Source of the DNA: Candidatus Poribacteria bacterium
Lineage (GTDB): Bacteria; Poribacteria; WGA-4E; WGA-3G
Assembly (NCBI GenBank): GCA_965197475.1
Contig: CBDANF010000003.1
Coordinates: forward strand, 608,001 to 672,000
DNA: 64,000 bases
Direction of reading: 5' to 3'
Below the pieces are notes generated by a model. The model searched no databases. It had not been told where the DNA came from and saw only the letters and a program-made list of their open reading frames with translations. The position numbers and the translations under genes are program-made. Below, piece after piece: positions 44,899 through 55,151 of the stretch (its first letter is position 1; the number at the start of each line of letters is the position of its first letter).

Positions 44899-45143
44899 CT
44901 GTTTCCTCCTTAGTACTTATACAAATTAACTTGATCTCACTCGGTAGGCGCGCTTTGTAAGCGCGCCTAATACACAGAAAAATAAGATAATCCGGTTAAT
45001 TTGGTATTACAAGCGATGATGCTTGTTTGGTTATTTCTGTAAAGGCAGACAACTTTGTCTACCTTCCAATTTCAATTTTTTCGGGAAATAGTCTGACCTA
45101 CTAATGAAGTGCTACCGTTTATTCAGACCAAAATTTAGCAAAG

Positions 45144-45974
45144 TTAAGACAAGTTTTTTTGCTCAAATTCCACAGGTGTCAAATACCCTAACGCAGAGTG
45201 AGGGCGTTTGTGATTATATACTTGTGTAATAAAATGCCCAATGCGGGCTCTCGCTTCGTGGATGTCCTCATAGTCGTTGAGATGAACTTCTTCTTCCTTG
45301 AGCGTGCGGATAAGTCTTTCAGCATATCCGTTCTCCCAAGGACACCCTCTCCGGGCGACTGAAATCTCAATCCCATGATGCCTAAGCAATGAGATGGACG
45401 CATTTGAAAGATATTGAACGCCTTGATCAGAATGATGGATCTCTGGGACATTTTGACATAATGCTGTCTCCAAAGGTTTCAACGTTAGAGATTGCGTCAA
45501 GTGTTGACTGATATACCACCCTCTGATCATGCGAGTGAAGACATCCATGAGCAGACAAACATAGATAAAGTGTCCTTTGAGGCGGACGTAGGTGATATCG
45601 CCCACCCAGGCCTGATTACATCGGGAGACATCAAGGTTTTCAAGGCGATTGCTCCAGGGACGCACACCCGCAACGGATGTCGTGGTTTGACAGACACGCT
45701 TGACAGAAACCGAGAGGTTGGCGGACTTCATCAATCGGGCAACACGTTTATACCCGATGGTGTATCCGTTACGCACCAACAACTGTGTGGGACGCCTATA
45801 TCCGTATGTTGGATATAGCAAAGATAACGTCTCTATTTCATCCTGGAGGCCCGCTTCACACGGGGCCTGCTTGGAGTGATAATAGAGGTTGCTTCGGTTG
45901 AAACCGAGTGTCTCACATATCTGCCGAACCGAAAAGTCTGTCCGTAATGCCGTAACCATTTCTCGCTGCTCCAT
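45144..45974 (-). CDS. IS3 transposase OrfB (DDE integrase core)
   Basis: YGYRR, WVGDITY, DVFTR, HHSDQGVQY, ENGYAER, YNHKRPHSALGY. Confidence 0.92.
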   Translation of the reverse strand: MEQREMVTALRTDFSVRQICETLGFNRSNLYYHSKQAPCEAGLQDEIETLSLLYPTYGYRRPTQLLVRNGYTIGYKRVARLMKSANLSVSVKRVCQTTTSVAGVRPWSNRLENLDVSRCNQAWVGDITYVRLKGHFIYVCLLMDVFTRMIRGWYISQHLTQSLTLKPLETALCQNVPEIHHSDQGVQYLSNASISLLRHHGIEISVARRGCPWENGYAERLIRTLKEEEVHLNDYEDIHEARARIGHFITQVYNHKRPHSALGYLTPVEFEQKNLS

Positions 45975-45979
45975 CGAGG

Positions 45980-46270
45980 CTAACTCAAGTAAGTTGAGGC
46001 TTTTTTTTGGATGTCAAGTGCCAAGGTCAACCGCCCAACGAGTTGCTCAAGTTGGGCGATCCGCTCCGCAGAGGCATCAGACTGTTTATCAGCGGGTTCA
46101 AAGAGGGTCGCCGCTTTTTCAAGAAGCTGTCGCTTCCACTTTGAAAGTTGTTCATCGATGAGGTTATGTCGCCGACACACTTCTGCTTGGGAACTTTCAA
46201 CGCTGAGAGCCTCAAGAACAACTTCGGCTTTAAACTCGGGGGTGAAGTTTCTTCGTTTTCGTTTCGCCAT
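45980..46270 (-). CDS. IS3 transposase OrfA (HTH)
   Basis: RRNFTPEFKAEVV...; A8 slippery run near the 3' end. Confidence 0.9.
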   Translation of the reverse strand: MAKRKRRNFTPEFKAEVVLEALSVESSQAEVCRRHNLIDEQLSKWKRQLLEKAATLFEPADKQSDASAERIAQLEQLVGRLTLALDIQKKASTYLS

Positions 46271-46583
46271 CGGATACTCCTTTCAAGGAGATGGATATTA
46301 TACCATAATCTTGTCTTAGAGAGCGGCCCGAATTTCCGATGGCAGTACATAACGCTTCTTAAAAAGAATGCCCAATTTCTATACGTATTGATTTAGCATT
46401 CTATCAGAATATCACAAAGGTTTCAAGTGATTTCAATCAAGGTCAAACAGCATGATACAGACAGCAAAATAGGAACGCCCACAAGCCAAGAAGTATAACT
46501 CAGGGATAAGTGAAACTTCCTGTGGGCGATCCTTATTCGGTTGTAACCTTAACCTCCAAATCGGAGGTTATCTGAAAATATGT

Positions 46584-47996
46584 TTAACGTATTGATGAGA
46601 CATTGAAGTCTGGATAGGCACTTGCACTGTGTTCTTCATAGTCAAGTCCTGCCTGTTCTGCCTCTTGCGAAACCCGCAAGCCTGTAACCGCTTTGATTGC
46701 GTAGAAGAGAATAAATCCTGTTACGAGACACCACGCAAGGACAGCGACGACACCGACGAATTGTGCCCAGAGTAGTCCGAATCCTCCACCAGCGAAAACA
46801 CCGCTCTCCATATCAAAAAATCCAAGAAGGAGTGTACCTAAAGCACCACACGTCCCGTGAACAGAGACAGCACCAACTGGGTCGTCAATGCGGAAACGTT
46901 CAAGCAATAGCACGCTAAGAACAACAACAATACCACCAAGTGCTCCCATAATAGCCGCGGATGTCGGACTAACGCCGGCACAACCAGCGGTAATCGTTAC
47001 CAATCCTGCAAGTGCACCGTTAAGTGACATACCCGCATCAGGTTTACCGAGAAATATCCATGCAGTGAGCATCGCTGTAATGGCACCTGCAGCGGCTGCG
47101 AGGTTCGTGGTGACGGCAATGCTGGAAATAGGTCCTGCATCTGCCCCCATCTGACTACCGGGGTTGAACCCGAACCAACCGAGCCACAAGATAAAGACAC
47201 CAAGTGCAGCAAGTGGTAGATTATGTCCTGCAATCGGTCTCGGTTTACCCTCGCCATCATATTTTCCAAGCCGTGGACCTAAGACGATAGCACCCGTCAA
47301 TGCAAGCCAACCGCCTGTTGAGTGGACAACTGTTGAACCAGCAAAATCGGACATGCCCAAATCTGATAACCAACCGCCACCCCAAATCCAGTGACCAACA
47401 ACAGGGTAGATGATACCGGTGATAAAAATACTATAGATTAGGTAGCTTTTAAATTGTGTTCGTTCCGCCATTGCACCGGAGACGATAGTCGCAGCGGTTG
47501 CGGCAAAAACGAGCTGGAAGAGCCATGCTGCGTGCGTCGGCACAGAACTCCACTCTAATGAACTAAACACACCGGATTCAGTTGGAACAAACCATCCGCT
47601 TGTTCCCATGAAGGCATTACCAGCACCAAACATTATGGCAAAACCAATTGCCCAATAAGCGATTGAGCCCATTGAGAAGTCCATCAGGTTTTTCATGAGA
47701 ATGTTAACTGCATTTTTGGCACGTGTGAACCCAGCTTCCACCATAGCAAAACCTGCCTGCATAAAGAAAACGAGAAATGCAGCGACAAGCACCCATAATG
47801 TGTCTGCATTATATTTCGATTCTTCAACCTTAGTCTCATACACATCTTCATCAATCTTTGTATATTTCGCTTTCGCCTCATCATCAAGTTTGTTATATGC
47901 CTCTCCATCAATCTGCATTGATCCATCTAGGGCGAAAGCGTTCATGCTCAGTAGACAAGCCAGGATGAGAACCGTTATTATAAATACTTTATTCAT
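46584..47996 (-). CDS. amtB: Ammonium transporter (second, divergent subtype)
   Basis: LVFFMQAGFAMVEAG, FQLVFAATAATIVSGAMAER, DFAGSTVVH, WFGFNPGS, DDPVGAVSVHG. Confidence 0.95.
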   Translation of the reverse strand: MNKVFIITVLILACLLSMNAFALDGSMQIDGEAYNKLDDEAKAKYTKIDEDVYETKVEESKYNADTLWVLVAAFLVFFMQAGFAMVEAGFTRAKNAVNILMKNLMDFSMGSIAYWAIGFAIMFGAGNAFMGTSGWFVPTESGVFSSLEWSSVPTHAAWLFQLVFAATAATIVSGAMAERTQFKSYLIYSIFITGIIYPVVGHWIWGGGWLSDLGMSDFAGSTVVHSTGGWLALTGAIVLGPRLGKYDGEGKPRPIAGHNLPLAALGVFILWLGWFGFNPGSQMGADAGPISSIAVTTNLAAAAGAITAMLTAWIFLGKPDAGMSLNGALAGLVTITAGCAGVSPTSAAIMGALGGIVVVLSVLLLERFRIDDPVGAVSVHGTCGALGTLLLGFFDMESGVFAGGGFGLLWAQFVGVVAVLAWCLVTGFILFYAIKAVTGLRVSQEAEQAGLDYEEHSASAYPDFNVSSIR

Positions 47997-48081
47997 TTAT
48001 AAGATCTCCTATGTTTCAATAAAACTGCTTTTCTTAGAACTCCGAAGAACTGAAAGTTTAAACCCGTTCGGCGATATTTTG

Positions 48082-48132
48082 GGTTCATCGCGAATCACTC
48101 GGTAATTGTTTGCCTCGGATTCGCGATGAACC
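48082..48132. terminator. Strong intergenic hairpin (terminator or mRNA-stabilising stem)
   Basis: GGTTCATCGCGAATC ... GATTCGCGATGAACC, perfect 15-bp stem. Confidence 0.5.
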
Positions 48133-48178
48133 TAAGTGAAGCACAGCCGAGAAGTTGACCTCACTGTTACGTTTCTTC

Positions 48179-48910
48179 TTACCAAGAACGGAGGAACGTC
48201 ATCCTACCGGTAATTCCCGAATCTTCCGAATCGTCGTCAAGTTGGGTTTCAAAACCGACAAAGAGCCCGAGCGTATTATTTTCACCATAGCCAAGGTTGA
48301 TACGTCCACCAACAACAAGACTACTAAGTCCTGTTTCAGTTTCTTCCTCTAAACCCTTTAATATGATTCCTGCTTCTACCTGCGGTCCGATAGCGACAGT
48401 ATCATTGAGTGAATAGAGGAGAAAGTCACGAGTATAGAGAGAATCATCACCGTAATCAAATGGCGTATTGAAAAACCCTTGTATCCAAGATTCAAAATAG
48501 ATAGAACCTGCGGATAAATAGGTAAACAGCTGTGGTGCAATCAGAGAGGAGGGACCGTTTGCTGAAGCATAATCAAACCCAATACCGACCATGGGGAGGA
48601 AAGTAAGTGACATTGAATCGCTATCAACAACCGGAATGCCAAGGCCGAGGTCAAACTCTGCAAAGGTGCCTACAACATAAATATCGCTATCTATAGATAT
48701 ACTTCCCATGGGATGGCTTGCACCAAACCAGATTTGTGTTCCGAGGCTATCTGTATCAGTACGGAACCAACCTGAAATACTCGATTCTTTTTCCATTGCC
48801 ATCTCTTCACCCTCTTCGTGGCTGTCAGCATAAACCGTGGAAATGCTACCAACTGCGAGGATGCAAACTATTGCCAACAATTGCGGTAACCAAAATGCTT
48901 TAATTTTCAT
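48179..48910 (-). CDS. Putative outer-membrane beta-barrel protein
   Basis: AGGAGA RBS; signal peptide MKIKAFWLPQLLAIVCILAVG; amphipathic Gly/aromatic-rich strands; C-terminal GRMTFLRSW. Confidence 0.65.
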   Translation of the reverse strand: MKIKAFWLPQLLAIVCILAVGSISTVYADSHEEGEEMAMEKESSISGWFRTDTDSLGTQIWFGASHPMGSISIDSDIYVVGTFAEFDLGLGIPVVDSDSMSLTFLPMVGIGFDYASANGPSSLIAPQLFTYLSAGSIYFESWIQGFFNTPFDYGDDSLYTRDFLLYSLNDTVAIGPQVEAGIILKGLEEETETGLSSLVVGGRINLGYGENNTLGLFVGFETQLDDDSEDSGITGRMTFLRSW

Positions 48911-49051
48911 TAAAATCTCCTTAGTAAAATAATATTCAAGCACCGCATTTGTGGTACTGGAATACGTTGTGTGCCAGTTTACGAAAACAAATCTTGATTC
49001 TGGCATCAACTTGTGATAGAATCTGTGCTTAGTTGCACTGCTTATGGTATA

Positions 49052-49067
49052 AGCAATATGCGTGCCA
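49052..49067 (-). promoter_or_regulatory. Sigma54 -24/-12 promoter for the porin-amt locus
   Basis: TGGCACGCATATTGCT matches TGGCACG-N4-TTGC. Confidence 0.75.
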
Positions 49068-49232
49068 ATTGTGTTTTCTATACGTTATTGGTGATTTTGC
49101 ATGGAAACCTGATAACGTTGGAAAGGTTGGGTAAACATAAGACGTGTCCTTATTGTGAGAAAGATTCTGTTTTATAGATGTTGGCTTATAGCATACGCTC
49201 TGCACAGTTTTGAGGAGTAGTTTCTTAGGAAA

Positions 49233-50657
49233 ATGCTGAAATTTTCATCACAAAACTGCCTAAAAAATAAGCATATTTTGCTCATCTGTATAGTCGGCAT
49301 CGGTGCATTCCTTCGATTTTGGCATCTTGGGCAGTGGAGTTTCTGGATTGATGAGGTGCTCACAGTACTTGATGCTAAAGAGTTTTCCATCACCAATTCC
49401 CCGATTAATCCTATACCCTATATCACTGCCAAGTTATCCGTTTTTATAGGTGAAAAGTTATCATTTCTAATTAAGAGTAGTAATGAATGGAACAGTCGCC
49501 TGATTTTTTGTATCGCAGGCATATTATCCATTCCAATCGTCTTTAGCTTAGGACAGACATTATACAACAATAGAGTTGGATTGTTAGCTGCGGCATTTGT
49601 TGCGTTGTCAAGTTGGCATCTATTTTGGTCACAAAACGCTCGTTCATACATCCTAACATTTCTGTTTGCTGTGTTGGCAGCGTGGTTTTTCTACCGAGCC
49701 TTAGAAAAAGACTCAACACTATTGACAATATGCGCCCTCTTTTTCTGTATCTGCTTGATCTTGTCGCACCTGCTTGCTGTAGCAATTGTGCCTGCATTGG
49801 CAGTCTATGCAATACTTCAGTTGTTAGCCGAACGCAACCGAAAACGATGGGTAAATCTGCTGATATTTTTTGTGCCGTTTGCCTTACCTGTGCTTATGCT
49901 TGCACTGCCACAAATTCGCGGTTATATATCTTCTGGATGGGGACATAATGAGTGGGGACGTAGTCCAATCTATATTGTCCTAACAATTGTCCAAGGGGTT
50001 AGCATTCCGATAGTTGTTGCTGCTTTTTTTGCAGGAATTGTAAAACCTCTTGACCGTCCTACCATGTTTTTAATCTGCTTCGCTGGTGTGCCTTTTGTAC
50101 TTCTACTGATTGCGTCTCAGTTGCAGAACGTAGCAGGCTATTATCTGTTTTGGACAACACCCGCGTATTTTATCCTCGCTGCAGTTGCATGTGAATGGGT
50201 CTGGAAGGGAATAAAATTGGAAGGCAGCAGTGGCACATTGCGTATACTCGTGCCGTGTGTGATTCTGGTGACGCTATTTTCGCAAGACTTTCTCTATTTT
50301 CGGTTTGAAAATGGTGGGAGACCCACATGGAGAGAGGCGTTTGAAGCCATTCAGGCAGAGCATAAGCCTACTGATAAATTGGTCCTATCGGAACCCGAAA
50401 TGGCTCGGTATTATATGCCAGCATCAGAGGCGGTTGATATTGATAAGTTGGTAAAGGACAAGGTAGCTTTTGAGAAAGAGTGGAAAAGTTCAGGCGGGGA
50501 AAGGTTGTGGTTTGTCGTAGACGTAGCAAGTTTTAACGTCTTTGATGCGGATATGTCCGTTCGTAATTGGATTCGTGAAAGAGGACATTTGGTAAAAACG
50601 TTACCGGCTTACTCGCGGGCAAAAGACAGAACGATTCATATCTATCTGTTGGAATAA
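49233..50657 (+). CDS. GT-C fold membrane glycosyltransferase (PMT_2/GT39/GT83-like)
   Basis: LRFWHLGQWSFWIDE, WHLFWSQNARSY, many TM helices. Confidence 0.85.
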   Translation: MLKFSSQNCLKNKHILLICIVGIGAFLRFWHLGQWSFWIDEVLTVLDAKEFSITNSPINPIPYITAKLSVFIGEKLSFLIKSSNEWNSRLIFCIAGILSIPIVFSLGQTLYNNRVGLLAAAFVALSSWHLFWSQNARSYILTFLFAVLAAWFFYRALEKDSTLLTICALFFCICLILSHLLAVAIVPALAVYAILQLLAERNRKRWVNLLIFFVPFALPVLMLALPQIRGYISSGWGHNEWGRSPIYIVLTIVQGVSIPIVVAAFFAGIVKPLDRPTMFLICFAGVPFVLLLIASQLQNVAGYYLFWTTPAYFILAAVACEWVWKGIKLEGSSGTLRILVPCVILVTLFSQDFLYFRFENGGRPTWREAFEAIQAEHKPTDKLVLSEPEMARYYMPASEAVDIDKLVKDKVAFEKEWKSSGGERLWFVVDVASFNVFDADMSVRNWIRERGHLVKTLPAYSRAKDRTIHIYLLE

Positions 50658-50665
50658 GATATATT

Positions 50666-51670
50666 TGAAGTCATATTGAGTAAAACATAAGGATGTGGTA
50701 AAATAGGGAAAGAAAAGGGTATAATTTATGTCCCTTTCTTTCCACTTCAGATACCGCTTTACTTTATGAAAGGTGTTATTATGGCAAACGAGGCTCAAAA
50801 ATCACCAAAATACAAATGTATTCCCAAACAGGTTTCCCGTAAAGATTTCAATCGTTATATCTTACCACATTTAGCGAAACGAGTCAAAGGCCCGAAACCG
50901 AAACTCTCCTTGGACAAGATATTCAACTATATCCTCTATGTTTTACATACGGGTATTCAATGGGATCAACTCCGAACCCGGCATCCTGAACTCCATTGGT
51001 CTAATATCTATAAATGGCATAATCGGTGGTCAAAAGATGGCTCGTATCAGAAACTTTTTGAGGCATCAGTGATACACGTGCTTGACACCGACCAACTTGA
51101 CACCTCTCAACTTCATGGAGATGGGTCAAATACCGTCGTGAAAAAAGGGGTGACAACATCGGTTATTCAGGCCACAAACATCAAAAAGGTGAAAAAGAGT
51201 TGATCATCACTGACAATCAGGGGTTCATCATCGGTCCGATAACCATCAAACCTGTCAACCAACATGGGACAAAGATTTTGCCCGAAGCATTCACCGATCT
51301 TATCGCCTTTGCTAATCGTATTGGAATGGATCTTAGTGCTTCCGCTCTAACACTGGATTCCGGTTTTGATTCCAAAGAGAATCATAAGATTATCAAACAA
51401 CACGGGCTTATCCCAGTGATATATCCGAACCGGCGGAATGCCAAAGAACCTATTGTAATTGCCCGTCCGTTCCGGTGGTTTAACAAGGAAATGGACAAAG
51501 ACCGATATAAAGTGGAGCGAACCTTGGGTTGGCAAGGGACTTATCGGAAACTCGCCCTTAGTTATGATAAACTCAAAGAAACCCGTTTAGGTTTTCGTAA
51601 TTTAGCATATTCAATGATAAACTTTTGGAGAACTTTCAACGATGCTTAGCTCTTACTCGCTATGAGTTCA
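50666..51670 (+). mobile_element. IS5-family insertion sequence
   Basis: Imperfect TIRs TGAAGTCATATTGAGTAAAACATAAG / TGAACTCATAGCGAGTAAGAGCTAAG; ends approximate. Confidence 0.7.
50781..51649 (+). CDS. IS5-family transposase in two frames, probable -1 frameshift at AAAAAAGGGG (51141)
   Basis: ILYVLHTGIQW, RWSKDG, GDGS; second frame GDNIGYSGHKHQKGEK..., LDSGFD, RYKVERTLGW. Confidence 0.85.
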
Positions 51671-51682
51671 CAAGTATGAATC

Positions 51683-51913
51683 CTATAGAAACTTCAAAAT
51701 TGCGTGGAGTGCGGTGCTGAGCAAATAGATCGCGAGTAGCATGCCAAATATTTTCCACCACACACCGCTGACAAGTTCACTACTTCGTCTAAATGCGTCC
51801 CTTACCAAGGACGATTCAAGTATGACGGTTGCAACGAAAAAGCCCCAACGCACCGCAAAATAGATAGCAAACGGTATACCATTGTTTTGTTCTAACATAT
51901 TTTTTCCATTCAA
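51683..51913 (-). pseudogene. Fragment of a membrane protein gene next to the IS5 element
   Basis: YFAVRWGF...ILE...DAFRRSSELVSGVWWKIFG looks like an internal membrane-domain segment. Confidence 0.45.
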
Positions 51914-52196
51914 CCAGAAATTCCGTTTTTATCAGCTTAGTCCATGGCAAGATTCCAATATGCTACTGCAAATGTAAGAGGTGTCAACGGTTCATAACAT
52001 TCGGTGTAACTCGCAACCATAATTATTATAACCTAAATCGCATCTTAAATGGTAATCGTTTTGATTGTAAGTTAGTTTTCCATTCTGGATTAGTATCAGC
52101 ACACGTGAGGTTGAATTGAAATTAATTGTAAGTTTCTCTATAGAATGTGCTATACTTAAACTTACGGTCTCAAATGATGATTGAGGAGGTGACAAG

Positions 52197-53528
52197 ATGA
52201 GCATTACCCAATTCACAATGGAAGAGGTTCGCTGTTTTGGTGAACAGCAGACACTTGAAATTCGCCCGCTAACGTTTTTAGTTGGTGAAAATAGCACCGG
52301 TAAAACAACTGCTCTTGCTTGTTTTCATGTATTAGCAAACTTTTTTCAAAGTAAAGGAGTCGATTTCAATGCAAAACCCTCAAATTCACACCCTTATTCC
52401 TTAGGTACTTTCAAGGATATTGTAAGAAATAGCAAAAAAAAAGATAAATTATTTAAACTTGGATTTGCTTCTCAATATGCTAATGAAGAAGTTAAATGGA
52501 CATTTGAATTTGTTGAAAAAAAGAATGGAATTGATCCAGTTATTAATTCAATTACAATAGAACTTTCAGATGGAAAAATCATAATAGAAACTGAAGATAA
52601 AACCAAAGAAATAATGGATATGTGGCCACTTTTTGATTCTTTTGATGAAGAACTGAATCAGTACCGCATTACTTGTGATAAGGATATGTTGGAAATGTTT
52701 TCTGTTTTATTTGTACTAAGTCCTTTCATAAGACAACCCGTTGAAGAAAATCGCTTTTCTCTATTTTTGCAGCAAAAGAGTACTACATCTAAAATGAATA
52801 GATATGACCTTTTGAACATCTGGGATACCATCAATGTGTTTAGTACATCACCGGTTCGATCACGTCCTCAACGCACTTATGATCCTACAAGGGAATTTAA
52901 GGATCCAGAGGGAAGTAATGTCCCGATGTTACTTATGCGGTTTGAGGCAACTCAAAATAAGCTTTGGGAGGAACTTAAACAACAATTAGTTGAATTTGGT
53001 AAGAGTTCAGGTTTATATCAGAACATAGAAATAAAGAATTTTGGGCGTGCCCTTGGAACTCCTTTTCAATTACAATTCAAAATACATGGGCCTAAGGTTA
53101 ATATCATTGATGTTGGCTACGGTATCAGTCAAATATTGCCAATGTTGGTGCAGATATTTGATCCAGTTATTTCTTATAATACTTCAAATGATTCAAACTA
53201 TTTCTTATTACAACAACCTGAAATTCATTTACATCCAAGGGCTCAGGCAGAACTATCTTCTTTATTCGCGAAATTGGCAAGCCAAGGAAACCGGTCATTT
53301 ATCATTGAAACACACAGCGACAACATGATTGACCGTGCCCGCATTGACATAATGAAAGGCAATATTAGTCCAGAAGACGTGTCCCTCATTTATTTTGAAC
53401 CGGTAAAGAATATCGTTAAGGTGCATAACATCGGTTTTGATGAAATGGGGAATCTCATCGGTGTACCGACACATTATCGGGATTTCTTTCTAAAAGAGTC
53501 TAAACGACTTATGGGTTTTAAGGAATAA
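52197..53528 (+). CDS. ABC-type ATPase (AAA_15/AAA_21-like, DUF3696-like tail)
   Basis: GGAGG RBS; LTFLVGENSTGKT Walker A; DVGYGISQILP; LLQQPEIHLHP; IIETHS. Confidence 0.88.
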   Translation: MSITQFTMEEVRCFGEQQTLEIRPLTFLVGENSTGKTTALACFHVLANFFQSKGVDFNAKPSNSHPYSLGTFKDIVRNSKKKDKLFKLGFASQYANEEVKWTFEFVEKKNGIDPVINSITIELSDGKIIIETEDKTKEIMDMWPLFDSFDEELNQYRITCDKDMLEMFSVLFVLSPFIRQPVEENRFSLFLQQKSTTSKMNRYDLLNIWDTINVFSTSPVRSRPQRTYDPTREFKDPEGSNVPMLLMRFEATQNKLWEELKQQLVEFGKSSGLYQNIEIKNFGRALGTPFQLQFKIHGPKVNIIDVGYGISQILPMLVQIFDPVISYNTSNDSNYFLLQQPEIHLHPRAQAELSSLFAKLASQGNRSFIIETHSDNMIDRARIDIMKGNISPEDVSLIYFEPVKNIVKVHNIGFDEMGNLIGVPTHYRDFFLKESKRLMGFKE

Positions 53529-53531
53529 ACT

Positions 53532-53960
53532 ATGTGTGTAATTTTAGATGCGGATGCTTTTAGTAAATTCAAGGACCCTGAAAATGAAGATATGGTACCT
53601 GTGTGGAATTGGCTGGAAAATAAAAATGGCAAAATCGCATATTCTAATACGGAAAAAATAGAAAGAGAATGGAATCAAGCAAGGATGGATGACATTAGAG
53701 ATGAACTGAGAAAAGCAGGGAAAATCAAATTAGTATCTGCACAAGTTACACAACAAAAAGAGAATGAACTCAAAGGTAAATTAAAATCAAACGACGAGCA
53801 TATTATAGCTTTGGCAATTATGGCGAATGTAAAGGTATTAATCTCTGGTGGGGATGCAAAATTAATCAAAGACTTTAAGGATCGCGCTTTAGTTAAAGGC
53901 AAAGTGTACTTAAGAAAGCAACATGCACGCCTACTAACTAAAGATACTTGTCCAGAATGA
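53532..53960 (+). CDS. PIN-domain-like nuclease
   Basis: MCVILDAD...E...SNDEHIIALA...VLISGGD acidic residue pattern; 3 bp after the ATPase stop. Confidence 0.7.
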   Translation: MCVILDADAFSKFKDPENEDMVPVWNWLENKNGKIAYSNTEKIEREWNQARMDDIRDELRKAGKIKLVSAQVTQQKENELKGKLKSNDEHIIALAIMANVKVLISGGDAKLIKDFKDRALVKGKVYLRKQHARLLTKDTCPE

Positions 53961-53970
53961 AGGAGTAATT

Positions 53971-55044
53971 ATGACAAAACATTTTAAAAAATCAATTTCA
54001 CGCTTCTCTTTTTTGTTTATCTTTCTGTTTTGCGTTGTATTTGCAGCAACAGCCCAGACTCCCCAACAGATTGCTCAAAAAGCGTTCCGATCTACGGTGC
54101 TCCTTGTTATGGAAGACAAGAACGGTCAACCGCTTTCATTAGGTAGTGGATTCTTTGTTAAGCAAGGACAGATTGCAACAAACCTCCACGTTGTTGAGGG
54201 TGCTACAAGAGGTTACGCAAAGTTAGTTGGTCAAAAGACAAAGTTTAACATTGAAGGCTACACCGCAATTGATGAGAAACGTGATCTGATAATTCTGAAG
54301 GTTACAGCTATTGGAACACAAGCTATCTCGCTTGGTAATAGTGATTTAGTGCAGGTTGGTGAGACGGTTTACGCTGTAGGTAACCCACGAGGCTTAGAAG
54401 GTACGTTCTCAGATGGAATTATCAGTAGTATTCGCCCGGTTGGTAATGACAAACTAATTCAGGTTACCGCGCCACTTTCTCCGGGCAGCAGTGGCGGTCC
54501 TGTGCTAAATAGAAAAGGAGAAGTTATAGGTGTTTCTATTTTGACTATTCGAGATGGACAGAATCTCAACTTCGCGATTCCTTCAAACTATCTCAAAACT
54601 CTTATAGCCAAGGTGGGAGTCAAGATACCTTTGTCTCAAGCGAAACCTACCAAAGGACAATCCTCTTTACTCAAGACATTCGGTACCGAAAAGGTCCAGA
54701 GGGTAACTGGAGGCAAGTTTGTATGGAATGACATCTCGCTCGTGCCTAGAAAACTCGGATATACGTTTTCCTTGCGAAATAAACTCCGTGAAAACATTAA
54801 AAATGTTCATTACCTCGTAATCTTCTACGACGAACTAGGCGATCCGATTGATGCAACTTTTGAAGTGTTTCCGGAAATAATACCTGCTGGTTTAGCTAGG
54901 CGCCATAGAGGAACAGTTAGCGACTCTAGCGTTAGATATCTGTCTACAAAATATGAGTCGCGGGTAGAATCCTTCCCAGAAATCCTAACGGTAAAGGAAA
55001 CCTATGTGAAGTTCAGAATCCTGGATTTTGAAATAGTTAAATGA
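53971..55044 (+). CDS. Secreted trypsin-like (S1) serine protease with C-terminal domain
   Basis: Signal peptide; GSGFF, ATNLHV, DLII, SPGSSGGP. Confidence 0.9.
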   Translation: MTKHFKKSISRFSFLFIFLFCVVFAATAQTPQQIAQKAFRSTVLLVMEDKNGQPLSLGSGFFVKQGQIATNLHVVEGATRGYAKLVGQKTKFNIEGYTAIDEKRDLIILKVTAIGTQAISLGNSDLVQVGETVYAVGNPRGLEGTFSDGIISSIRPVGNDKLIQVTAPLSPGSSGGPVLNRKGEVIGVSILTIRDGQNLNFAIPSNYLKTLIAKVGVKIPLSQAKPTKGQSSLLKTFGTEKVQRVTGGKFVWNDISLVPRKLGYTFSLRNKLRENIKNVHYLVIFYDELGDPIDATFEVFPEIIPAGLARRHRGTVSDSSVRYLSTKYESRVESFPEILTVKETYVKFRILDFEIVK

Positions 55045-55151
55045 TGTTATAAGTTACAGAACTACCACTATGTTTGAGCTTGCCCTTACCTAATAAAATT
55101 ATCTTATAAACATCAATAGACTTGCTTTGGAACTGAAAAGAGAATTTTATA

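Larger units (their letters stand above)
45105..46349 (-). mobile_element. IS3-family insertion sequence with 3-bp TAA target duplication
   Basis: TG...CA ends; imperfect TIRs TGAAGTGCTACCG..ATTCAGACC / TGTACTGCCATCG..ATTCGGGCC; TAA on both flanks. Confidence 0.9.

Noticed and set aside
44930-45104. glnK remnant between IS3 and amtB
   Set aside because: Only a faint DYFPKKLKLE resemblance; no P-II motifs could be recovered
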